A stretch of 22,674 bases of DNA from a bacterium (GTDB lineage: Bacteria; SAR324; NAC60-12): positions 1 to 22,674 of the forward strand of contig CBDDTI010000476.1 in the NCBI GenBank assembly GCA_965233585.1, in the 5' to 3' direction. Both the position numbers and the translations under genes were made by a program. Every line of letters starts with the position of its first letter. Position 1 is the first letter of the stretch. A model generated the notes under the pieces. The model ran no database searches, had not been told where the DNA came from, and was given only the letters and a program-made list of their open reading frames with translations. Positions 1 to 8,691 of this stretch are shown one piece after another.

Positions 1-377
1 CTTTAATCTTTCCTCATTTAATTTAAAAAAAGAACGGGCAATGCGTATTTCCCAAACCTTTTCAACCTAACATAGAGGAAGGGGACGCCGTTGACTTATA
101 TCGGCATTTATACGACAGTATAGGCATTTCGCACGGCAATCAGTCCATTGGCTTGACGTATGATGCTTTTATAAATGGAAGATTTTTTCTGGCGGCCGAC
201 TTGACACCAGATCAATGTAATTCGTACCACACACATCCAGAAAATTATGGAAATTTAGATTTAGAGTTGGCTTTTTCCCAAATCACTCCCCATCCAATAT
301 ACGTTCTGGCCTTATCTATTTTTAACTCCGGTATTAAAATAGATCAATTTCAACAAGTCATAAAAGGAACCAATTAA
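1..377 (+). pseudogene. 3' end of Maverick major capsid protein, copy A (partial, +1 frameshift in A-run at 25-31)
   Basis: Matches 13381-13756; A7 versus A6 in copy B; C-terminal 74 aa nearly identical to the copy B capsid. Confidence 0.88.
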
Positions 378-380
378 AAT

Positions 381-881
381 ATGGAGGGTGGGTTATCAAA
401 TATCTTTTTAAACAATTACATTCAACCCAGATGTAAGAATGTCATCGGAGTATTTTCGGTCGACGACTTGCCATCTGATCCGCTTTCATTGCCTTGCTGT
501 CTGATCGCTAACTTATCCAAAAGAAATCAAGAAGGATCTCATTTCGTAGCAATGTACATTAACAAGAAAAATCAACTCTATTATTTTGATTCTTTCGGTT
601 TTTTACCACCGATATGGAACAAATGTTTGATGAAGTTTTTACGACCCTGGATAGAGAAAAACTCCTTCAAAATTATCTTATCTCACTCAATTCAGAGTTT
701 CCGTTCTTTGTTTTGTGGATGGTACACGTGCGCATTTTGTTTATCTGTGGGCAACAATTTAATGACCCCTCAACAATTTGTTAAATTATTTGTAAAAAAT
801 CCCAAATCAGAAAATGATAAAATTGTAACTCACTTTATAAAAAAATTGAAAATAAATGTTAATATATTTTTACTTTCATAA
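381..881 (+). CDS. Adenain-like cysteine protease, copy A (-1 frameshift near the C-terminus changes the last residues)
   Basis: GVFSVDDLP, GSHFVA (His), YFDSFG (Asp), IQS..S..CGWY (Gln/Cys) motifs; A7 at 839-845 versus A8 in copy B. Confidence 0.9.
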   Translation: MEGGLSNIFLNNYIQPRCKNVIGVFSVDDLPSDPLSLPCCLIANLSKRNQEGSHFVAMYINKKNQLYYFDSFGFLPPIWNKCLMKFLRPWIEKNSFKIILSHSIQSFRSLFCGWYTCAFCLSVGNNLMTPQQFVKLFVKNPKSENDKIVTHFIKKLKINVNIFLLS

Positions 882-2337
882 CTTTGGATATTTTCCTGAA
901 AAAAGTTTTTTAACAGAATCTACTTTAGCTTCTGATTTAGACATTTTTCTTGTTTTTGATCTGGTTTTTGCAGGAGACACACCAGCTTCAATAGGGTCCC
1001 TGTTTATTGGGCTTTTAGATTGTGACATTTTCATTGATTTTGATCTGGTTTTGGTTTGTGCAGGAGTCATGTTAGCATCAGTGGAATTTCTTTTTGTTGC
1101 ACCCTTCGATTTAGCTTTTCCGGCTGAAAATCGTATTTTAACAGGTGTGAGTGGAAATGAAGGAGAAGAGCTTCCAATTCCTCTTAATCTTCTTTTTCGA
1201 GGGGTAGAGGTCATTCCAAAAATTTTATCTTGATTTCTTACAGACAATTCTTTATAATGATCTTTCATCATATGTTTGGCAAATTGTGGAATGCCGACAT
1301 ATTGCTTCCCGCAATTGGGAAAGGGACAAACTATTTTGCCAGCCGCATTCTTTTCTTTCACTGCTTTTGCAATAGGTGTATTTCGCCAATTTAACACAAC
1401 TGGAGATTTTATTGTAGAAAGTGCGTATGAGTAATCCGTTTCATTTGAGCTGTTTCTTCTAGCGTAAGGGCTGGAAATCATTCCTTTAATGGTCTTTTTG
1501 TCTTTCAAAGCTATATCTTTAGGATGATCTTTTAGCAAATGTTTGCCTAATTGCCCTTCATCAACATATTGCTTCCAACAATCAGGAACTGGACAAACTA
1601 ATTTGCCTTTTGAATTTCTTTTCGTCATCGCTTCTAAAACAGGTGTTTCTCGCCATTCTTCTCGTTTGGTAGTAACAGGAGTTGAATAAGCTGATTCGTT
1701 CGGACTTTTTGTTTTTTCAGGACTAAGAGATTTTTCTGCAACAAATTCTCTTTCAATAATGGGGGTACTAGGTAAATTATTTTCTTCTTGTTGGGGAATT
1801 TCAGTGGGTGTTCTGTAAAGAGATACGTCCGTGAGATCCATATTGGTATCAATTCGAGCAGGTGTTAGTGTATTTGGTATTTCTTCTCGTTGCGTTATTT
1901 GGGTGGATGGTGATCTTAAAACCGGGTGGTAAGCGCGGTCAATACTGCTACCTTTTTGGTAACTCGTCCAGGAGACATTACATTCTGTATTTCTTCTCGT
2001 TGAGAGGATTTGAGTGGATGGTGATCTCGAAAGAGATTGGTAAGTACGACCCATGCTATCAGATTGGGCAATTGATGTGACATTCGGTAATTTATCAGAC
2101 CCAAAACGAAGTAATTTATCCCCAGTTTGGATTATTTTCTGTCTGTCTTGTAGATTTTTAAATTTAATGGCATTTTCAATATAGTTGGTTGTTTCCGGTT
2201 TTTCATTCATAGAAATAAGTTCCTTTTTTTAATTCATCGTCTTCCGTATTTTTTATTAATGAATAATATAATCTTTTAGGTACTAAAAACATGGAATACA
2301 TTTCATCATGTGGTTTTATTTTTACTCCTGAGCTCAT
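876..2337 (-). pseudogene. 2xC2H2 zinc-finger Ser/Thr/Pro-rich protein, copy A (frameshifted)
   Basis: Homologous to 14255-15715; ATG equivalent at 2337; indel at ~2224-2231 and a compensating indel pair at ~1958 and ~2005. Confidence 0.82.
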
Positions 2338-2339
2338 TT

Positions 2340-2714
2340 TTAACGACGACGTCGCGAACTCTTATTTGCAATAATTTGAGCCAAAAGAGGGATGACGGTG
2401 CTGGCGATCGCTGATAAATCTCCTAAAATTCCGCCCTTTTGTAATATTTTTCTTTTTTTTGAAATGTCGGAAGAACGACGCGGCGGTGCAGCAAGACGTC
2501 TAAATTCTGTCAAATGAGCTCTTATCTTTTTTTGAAGACGTGTTCGTACTTTGCCATGTATGGGCAAGTCACCGTTCAACACGTAATGTAATATATGACA
2601 AAGCAATTCAACTCCGCGATCGTCCAAATGACTTAAAAAATTGGCACAATCCTGATGTTTTAATTTTTTTATTACATAAAAAAGTGAACTAGCTTTTCCT
2701 AATGTTTTAGACAT
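2340..2714 (-). CDS. Small basic Maverick protein (124 aa) with QKGG motif and C-terminal amphipathic helix, copy A
   Basis: Intact ORF nearly identical to 15717-16091; ends QKGGILGDLSAIASTVIPLLAQII..RRRR. Confidence 0.8.
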   Translation of the reverse strand: MSKTLGKASSLFYVIKKLKHQDCANFLSHLDDRGVELLCHILHYVLNGDLPIHGKVRTRLQKKIRAHLTEFRRLAAPPRRSSDISKKRKILQKGGILGDLSAIASTVIPLLAQIIANKSSRRRR

Positions 2715-2762
2715 TTTGACAGTTGCAATTTTTTATTTTTCTTAAATAGATATGAAAATCCT

Positions 2763-3102
2763 TTAAACGGTAACGTAAGCTTTCATCAGTCCCTCGTACG
2801 GAAAAATGTTGCTTCGAATTCTGACTTTATCGTCTTGTTGTTGATGGAAATCTAGAAGGAGATATCCGTGACTTCGACCGTTAACAGCTTCCCTGTATGC
2901 TTTATTTAAAATTCCGACTCGTCCGGGGAAAATTTGTTTAGCCAAATGCGCAACCGCACTTCTGTCCCGAGGATTGTTAAAAAGAACCATATACTGTGTG
3001 TTTATGCTTAATGTCCGCAAATCGCCTTTTTTATCAAATAAATTTTGACACAGAAAAACGGTGAAACAATTGTAGTGATGAGTCAAAACCGTAAAAAAAA
3101 TG
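2763..3102 (-). pseudogene. 3' fragment of A32/FtsK-like packaging ATPase, copy A, truncated by the retroelement
   Basis: Translation matches the C-terminal ~110 aa of the copy B ATPase; Walker A/B part missing beyond 3102. Confidence 0.92.
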
Positions 3103-3278
3103 TCTTTGCTTTGTTATATCTGTATTGTACTTTAGAGGCCTTTAATCATACACTTTTATAAGTTCTTCCATTTTAGACTGCCTTTCATTTCATGAATCAC
3201 TGGGTGTGGTTTCTATCTCAAAACTGAGTGGGGAATCTGTTGATTCCGGACTCACGCAACCTTTCATGCAATCTCACA
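3103..3278 (-). repeat. 3' LTR (176 bp; TGTGAG...CAAAGA on minus strand)
   Basis: Identical by eye to 8516-8691; preceded by the PPT. Confidence 0.95.
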
Positions 3279-3287
3279 CCTCCCCCC
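3279..3287 (-). other. Polypurine tract GGGGGGAGG
   Basis: Purine run directly abutting the TG start of the 3' LTR. Confidence 0.88.
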
Positions 3288-3491
3288 AGTTTATAGCATC
3301 ATACCATTTAATGATGGTGTAAACTAAAGGGCCTGGATCCGGATTCAGAATGGGGTGCAGCATCGCGAGTATGTACATAACGTTAAAATACTTAATCGAA
3401 ATATGAAAGGAGGCACATAATACGTGAAGATAAAAGATAAGCGGAATATGAGAAACTGACGGTACGCGAATGGTTGGGTACGATTAAAATG

Positions 3492-3941
3492 TTAATGCTC
3501 AGTGGACTTCGGCTTCTTGGTAGGTCTTTTGGAGCTTCCTTCCTCGTGATCGTCTTCGATTTCTGCAATCCTGGATCGCTGGTGGAACGAGCGTTGGATT
3601 CGTTGATCGAGGGGTTCATATGTAAGGGCGAGCTGTTGGAACGCCCTGGCGACTGAAGGATCACACATTGGGGGTGGCCAGTGCGGCGATGGAGCGACCG
3701 TGTGGGGCGGCTCCCAGCCGCTGGTTGCCGGTCTGCCGATCTGCTGCTGCCTCCGTTTATCCCCTCGTTTCCGGCGGGCGATGCAGAAGTATAGAATCAG
3801 AGCCCCTAGGACAACCAATCCGAACCCTGCTCCAAGGGTGGGGAAATGGACTTCCAACATGTGGAAGCCTTCGGAGGACTCCATGGACGAGCTTTGGACG
3901 TTGGTGGTGCCCGAATTTGGCTTCGATGATGATCCACCCAT
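3492..3941 (-). CDS. 149-aa predicted myristoylated single-pass membrane protein, FAST-fusogen-like architecture
   Basis: ATG in strong context (ataATGG); MGGSSSK myristoylation consensus; TM LGAGFGLVVLGALILYFCIA; polybasic RRKRGDKRR; Pro-rich PSPHWPPP; occupies the env position. Confidence 0.75.
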   Translation of the reverse strand: MGGSSSKPNSGTTNVQSSSMESSEGFHMLEVHFPTLGAGFGLVVLGALILYFCIARRKRGDKRRQQQIGRPATSGWEPPHTVAPSPHWPPPMCDPSVARAFQQLALTYEPLDQRIQRSFHQRSRIAEIEDDHEEGSSKRPTKKPKSTEH

Positions 3942-4114
3942 TATTGGAGTGTGAGCACGAATGTGTGGAGTTTCCGGAGCAACTGGGTGATAGTCTCAGA
4001 TATCTCCGGATAGAATATGGTAGCTGCCAAGCACAGTGCTCCGATGATGCTGAGGATCAGTAAGAAGTCGATGACTTTGCACATCGCCGGGTTGACTGTG
4101 ACTGGCACTAACAT
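3941..4114 (-). CDS. 57-aa small hydrophobic membrane ORF (absent from the ORF track)
   Basis: MLVPVTVNPAMCKVIDFLLILSIIGALCLAATIFYPEISETITQLLRKLHTFVLTLQ*; ATG 3 nt after the pol stop; its TAA overlaps the next ATG (TAATG). Confidence 0.62.
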   Translation of the reverse strand: MLVPVTVNPAMCKVIDFLLILSIIGALCLAATIFYPEISETITQLLRKLHTFVLTLQ

Positions 4115-4117
4115 TGA

Positions 4118-7100
4118 TTACAATTTACGGAGAAATCTGCGATTGCGACGCAGAGTTGACCCGTCTGAGAATTTTACTACGTAAGATCTCTTATACGGCA
4201 GGCATTCATGAATGATGCCTCTCCGATTCCACTTGTGTGAAAGCATATCCTGACACAGCACATTGTCTCCCTCTACAAGATCTGGTTGTATGAATGCATT
4301 CCGATCAAACGACTTCTTCATGTCTCTATCGCGTTTCTCCCTGTCATTTCTCGCTCTGGCCATATCTATGGGGTCGTGAGCAACGGCCAATCTGGGTATG
4401 CATGTCCTTTGCGCCCTTCCGAACATAAGCTGGGCAGGGCTGAGGCCGCCAGGTCTTGGTACGTTCCTCCACTCCAGCAGGCTGGCCTCGAAGAGTCTCC
4501 AGTCTTCCCCACATTTCTGTAGGAGATGTTTGCAAATTTTTACACCACACTCGGCGTCGCCATTGGACTGCGGATAATGCGGCGAGCTGGTTTCATGTAT
4601 CATTCCGTGTCGAGCGCAATAGTCGTCAAATTCGCTTCGAAAGGCCGGCCCGTTGTCCGTCCTGATCGTTCTGGCAAATCCAAAGTTCATAAAGATTTTA
4701 TGCAGCTGATCGATGACCGCTTTGGCCGTCATCGATCGCAATGGCGCCGCAAACGGAAATCCGGAAAACCTGTCCATAACACAAAGGAAATGTTTGCCTC
4801 CGGAATCGAATATATCCACCCCCACTTGCTGTAAGGGGTAAGTTGCCACCGTGGGCTGCAGTTGCTGCTTCGGCAAGCTGGGCAGGTGGTACTGACAGGC
4901 TTCACAGGCCTTGACGAAGTTGTCGATTTCGTTTGCCATACCCGGCCAATGATATAGTTGCCGGAAGAGGGTCTTCATTTTTTCCGCTCCGCAGTGGCTT
5001 TTGTGGCCGTCTTGCAAGAGCCCCCTCCTTGCTTTTCTCGGCACCAAGACTTTGGTGCCATCAAGAACAATGAGTTTTCCATCCATGGTAGATAGTCTGT
5101 CCCATAGGCTTTGTAAGGACGCAGCTGGATGTTCGGCGGGTAAGTCATTGATCGACACATTTTGATTGATCGCTGCGAGCTGATGTTGGTACCCCTCATC
5201 CTCGTCAGCTGCCTCCAGAAGCTTCGTCAGGCCCGGATCCTCCACGCCAACTGCCTGGATGGAGATCCCATCTTCCTGATTTCTCGCCGCGAATACGGGT
5301 GCGCGGGATAGGGCATCCGCGATGTCGTGGATCTTCCCGGCTTGCCATGTCACATTGAAGGTGAAGTTTGCCAGCCGTTCACGCATTCTTAAAATCCGGG
5401 CATTCATTGCCTCATCCAAGGGTTTGGATAAAAGCGTAACAAGTGGCCGGTGATCGGTCACCACGGTGAATCCTGGGTGGCCGAGTAAGTAGTGCCTGCA
5501 CTTAAGAATTGCGTATTCTACGGCCTTCGCCTCTAATTCCACAGTGGACCAGTTCTCCTCCGCAGACGTCAAGGATCTGCTGCCGCATTGGATCAGGAAC
5601 CTTCGGCCAGCTTCATCCTTCTGTGTCAACGCAAACCCTAGGCCTTGTTTCTTCGAGGCATCGGTTAGCAGCTCTGTCTGTTTGCTCCTGTCAAAAAGTT
5701 TGACAACCGAGGGTGAGGTCAGCAGATCTTTCACCCTGGCAAATTCCTCCTCATGTTCAGGTAGCCAAAGGAAATTAACCCCTTGTTTCAGAAGATGCCT
5801 GAGGTTCATGGTCATATGGGAGAGATCCGGCCTGAAGTTTGCTAACTGATTGGCCAGACCAAGGAAGCTCCTCAATTCTTTCACACACGTAGGAGCTTTG
5901 AAGTCCGCTATTGCCTTCAACCTGCCAGGATCCGGCATGACTCCCTGCGCTGATATGATGTGCCCCGCAAATTTGACACTCTCGCTGATGCGAAATTTCT
6001 TCAAGGATACGATAACATTGTTCTTTTTACAGTTGGTGAGCACCGCTCTGATCCTGGCCTCGAGTGTTATAATGTCCGGAGCTGAAACAAGGACATCGTC
6101 AACAATTTTCTGGACACCTTCCAATCCCTCAATTACCTTGTCGGATCTGCAGCACCACTCATCCGATGATGCGTTGAGTCCCATCGGGGCCCGAAGGAAG
6201 CGGAACTTTCCTGACGGCAGCAAAAATGTGGTTAGTTTAGATGCACTTTCCGATAAGGCGATCTGATGATATCCTTGCACCGCATCCAGTGTAGCAAAGA
6301 CCCTACCATCGGGTGGTAGCTGTTGCAGAATATCCTTGGTGGAAGGGAAAGGGTGCACAGGCCTTTTCACATGCTGGTTCAGCCCGGTGTAGTCAACAAC
6401 CAGTCGCAAGTCCTTAACGGTCACCACCACCATTCCTTTTTTCAAAGCCTCCTTCACCTTAGGGTCTCCTTTCGGCACAAAAAAGGCGGGTGCGATCCAA
6501 TCCGTAGGGCCCTCTTCCTTGGTTATGACCTTTGATTTCAAAAGTGTGTCGATTGCGGTTGCAGCTGGGTCCTGCCAGTGCAACGGTACGGATCTGGCTG
6601 TCAAACACTTTCTTGGAATTGCGCCGGCTTTAAGGGTGATGTCCATCGGTTTACCTGCCATTGGGTTATCTGTGAGACCCTCCCCGAAGGTCCCCTCGAA
6701 TTCATCGATCAATCTACCCCTCAGCCGCTCCATGTGGTCATCGACATCGATTGCTGCCGTCTTGTTTATCCGAGCGGAGGGGAAAGACCTCGGCAAGACC
6801 TCCATCTCCTTAAGATCCCTTTCGGCGATTAGCATTTCCCTCGTCATCGATGATGTGATCAAGGCCATGATCGGAGTGACCTTTCCGTCAAAAGCTACCT
6901 TGATTGGGGAGCGTCCCTCGCATCTCATCCCCTCATTGTTAGCGGCGTAGAGCCTTTCCTTAGCCCGATACATGGGCAACCCGAACTTCTGGGCCAAGTC
7001 CAGGCTGATGATAGTCCTGGAGCTACCGGTGTCTGCACAGGCATTGAACGGAAACTTGCCATTGATGATGACCTTCACTCTAGGCGTTGCAGATTGATCG

Positions 7101-8446
7101 CAGATTTTTCTGACCGTGACTCTCTTGGCTTCCTCACCGAGCTCCTCCTCGGATTCATATTCAGGCGGCGGCACGTCCTCCATGTCCGACGCCTCCGTGA
7201 CGACAGCGCGGGCACGAGCCTGATCGTTGTTGCCTTGGCGCCCCGCCCGCTGCTTGGCTCGCTCTTTCTGACACGTCCGTTTCAGGTGTCCCACCGTCTG
7301 GCAACCGTGACAGGATGCCGTCTTGTGTTGGCAATCCTTGGCTTCATGGCTTTCACTCCCGCACCGTGTGCACCGGCCCTGCTCCCTCAACTCTTGCAGG
7401 GACGGTATGGGTCGTTTTCGTGGTTGCGGAGCGTTAGCCTGTTTTTTCTTGACGAACCTCGCAGCGGCAGATGGCTGGTCTATGGTTTTCACTGAGCTGG
7501 CCGCAACCTCATATTGATGTGCAATCTTGTCCAAGATCTCCATGGTGGGTGATTCTTCCTTGAGAAACCGCTCCCGTAGCTTCATGTCCACGGTGCCCGT
7601 GATGTACCGCATGACGTAAATGCCATCGGTGGACAGCTCCGATAGGGCGGCCTCATCGCCCAGCGCTTTCACCTTGGACGACCAGTCGCTGAAGGACTGT
7701 CCAGTTGTCTGCATAGACTCGAAAAACTCCACCCTCCTGGCAAGCAGGGGGTACTTCACAAGGAATTCCTCCTCCAAGAGACCCATGCAGGACACTTGCG
7801 TGTCAGATCCGAACACCGGCGTTGTCTCCTGGATCTTGGTTGACAGCTTCATCTCGAGGTGGATGTCGATAACCATTCGGAAATACGCCTGCTGTTCTTG
7901 GACCGACGCTGCCTCCATGTTAGAGCTCGTGAACCACGCCTTGAATTTCTTGCACCACGACTTCATTTCCACCGTATTGTGGTCTCGAGACAAGACGTGG
8001 GGCTCCAAAGCCTTGTTCGGTTTGACCCTGTCGGGCTTGGTCGCGGTCGTTGCCGGAGACGTGCCAGGCCTCTGTGACGGGCGTTCCTGGCCGGCCTCAA
8101 GCGCCCTGAGGATCCTGTTGACGGCCGCGTCCGCTCGGTCGGCCTCTGCATTCAACTCTACCTCCCTGTCGGCGTAATGCTCCTCATCCGCCGCCATGAG
8201 CTGCAAGTATTTCTCCTCTAGGGCCTCCATCTGCGAACGAATTTTCCCCAGCAGCTCTGCCAGGACCTCCATGACATGAGATGACGGCCTGCTGCCTGCC
8301 TCGTCTATTGCTTTAGTAGCTGAATTGATACGTCTCGTCAGGTGGCCTTTCATTGCCCGAATGGCATCCTTCATTGCCTTTATCTCACGGACAGGGACCC
8401 GAGGACCGAGACCGGCCTCATCAGAGGTGCCTTCGCTGTCCGACAT
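4118..8446 (-). CDS. gag-pol: Gag-Pol polyprotein (1442 aa)
   Basis: Two CCHC knuckles (CTRCGSESHEAKDC, CHGCQTVGHLKRTC), protease ADTGS, RT (LDAVQGYHQ, PMGL, IVDD), RNase H (TDAS, ELEA, TDH), integrase HHCC plus D,D(35)E (VDIF, TDNGPAF, NGDAE). Confidence 0.97.
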   Translation of the reverse strand: MSDSEGTSDEAGLGPRVPVREIKAMKDAIRAMKGHLTRRINSATKAIDEAGSRPSSHVMEVLAELLGKIRSQMEALEEKYLQLMAADEEHYADREVELNAEADRADAAVNRILRALEAGQERPSQRPGTSPATTATKPDRVKPNKALEPHVLSRDHNTVEMKSWCKKFKAWFTSSNMEAASVQEQQAYFRMVIDIHLEMKLSTKIQETTPVFGSDTQVSCMGLLEEEFLVKYPLLARRVEFFESMQTTGQSFSDWSSKVKALGDEAALSELSTDGIYVMRYITGTVDMKLRERFLKEESPTMEILDKIAHQYEVAASSVKTIDQPSAAARFVKKKQANAPQPRKRPIPSLQELREQGRCTRCGSESHEAKDCQHKTASCHGCQTVGHLKRTCQKERAKQRAGRQGNNDQARARAVVTEASDMEDVPPPEYESEEELGEEAKRVTVRKICDQSATPRVKVIINGKFPFNACADTGSSRTIISLDLAQKFGLPMYRAKERLYAANNEGMRCEGRSPIKVAFDGKVTPIMALITSSMTREMLIAERDLKEMEVLPRSFPSARINKTAAIDVDDHMERLRGRLIDEFEGTFGEGLTDNPMAGKPMDITLKAGAIPRKCLTARSVPLHWQDPAATAIDTLLKSKVITKEEGPTDWIAPAFFVPKGDPKVKEALKKGMVVVTVKDLRLVVDYTGLNQHVKRPVHPFPSTKDILQQLPPDGRVFATLDAVQGYHQIALSESASKLTTFLLPSGKFRFLRAPMGLNASSDEWCCRSDKVIEGLEGVQKIVDDVLVSAPDIITLEARIRAVLTNCKKNNVIVSLKKFRISESVKFAGHIISAQGVMPDPGRLKAIADFKAPTCVKELRSFLGLANQLANFRPDLSHMTMNLRHLLKQGVNFLWLPEHEEEFARVKDLLTSPSVVKLFDRSKQTELLTDASKKQGLGFALTQKDEAGRRFLIQCGSRSLTSAEENWSTVELEAKAVEYAILKCRHYLLGHPGFTVVTDHRPLVTLLSKPLDEAMNARILRMRERLANFTFNVTWQAGKIHDIADALSRAPVFAARNQEDGISIQAVGVEDPGLTKLLEAADEDEGYQHQLAAINQNVSINDLPAEHPAASLQSLWDRLSTMDGKLIVLDGTKVLVPRKARRGLLQDGHKSHCGAEKMKTLFRQLYHWPGMANEIDNFVKACEACQYHLPSLPKQQLQPTVATYPLQQVGVDIFDSGGKHFLCVMDRFSGFPFAAPLRSMTAKAVIDQLHKIFMNFGFARTIRTDNGPAFRSEFDDYCARHGMIHETSSPHYPQSNGDAECGVKICKHLLQKCGEDWRLFEASLLEWRNVPRPGGLSPAQLMFGRAQRTCIPRLAVAHDPIDMARARNDREKRDRDMKKSFDRNAFIQPDLVEGDNVLCQDMLSHKWNRRGIIHECLPYKRSYVVKFSDGSTLRRNRRFLRKL

Positions 8447-8497
8447 CTTTCGTCAGCTGATCTCCACAAACTGAACTGCGGCCCCTGACACAGGTTC

Positions 8498-8515
8498 ACT
8501 GCCGCAACTGCGCCA
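8498..8515 (-). other. Primer-binding site TGGCGCAGTTGCGGCAGT, probably tRNA-Ser
   Basis: TGG immediately follows the 5' LTR; TGGCGCAGT is complementary to the ...ACTGCG-CCA 3' end found in some animal tRNA-Ser; tRNA identity inferred. Confidence 0.75.
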
Positions 8516-8691
8516 TCTTTGCTTTGTTATATCTGTATTGTACTTTAGAGGCCTTTAATCATACACTTTTATAAGTTCTTCCATTTTAGACTGCCTTTCA
8601 TTTCATGAATCACTGGGTGTGGTTTCTATCTCAAAACTGAGTGGGGAATCTGTTGATTCCGGACTCACGCAACCTTTCATGCAATCTCACA
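8516..8691 (-). repeat. 5' LTR (176 bp) with TATAAAA at 8573-8567
   Basis: Identical to 3103-3278; followed by the PBS and the gag ATG at 8446. Confidence 0.95.

Larger units (their letters stand above)
1..3102. mobile_element. Maverick/Polinton copy A (partial): MCP 3' end, protease, C2H2 protein, small basic protein, ATPase 3' part
   Basis: Colinear, high-identity direct repeat of ~13381-16477 with the same gene order; several single-base indels relative to copy B; ends at the LTR junction. Confidence 0.93.
3103..8691 (-). mobile_element. Complete Ty3/Gypsy LTR retrotransposon (Mag-like), single gag-pol ORF plus two 3' small membrane ORFs
   Basis: Two identical 176-bp LTRs, PBS, PPT, gag-PR-RT-RH-IN domain order; clearly more GC-rich than the flanking AT-rich Maverick DNA. 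Confidence 0.96.

Noticed and set aside
856..1233. 125-aa hydrophobic plus-strand ORF
   Set aside because: Antisense to the Lys-rich tail of the C2H2 gene; interrupted in copy B
4286..8177. Many plus-strand and alternate-frame ORFs overlapping gag-pol
   Set aside because: Shadow ORFs of a GC-rich coding sequence with no recognisable motifs
8631..8691. C-terminal 19 aa of the 297-aa ORF (VRLHERL...)
   Set aside because: Read-through into LTR sequence, not native minor capsid
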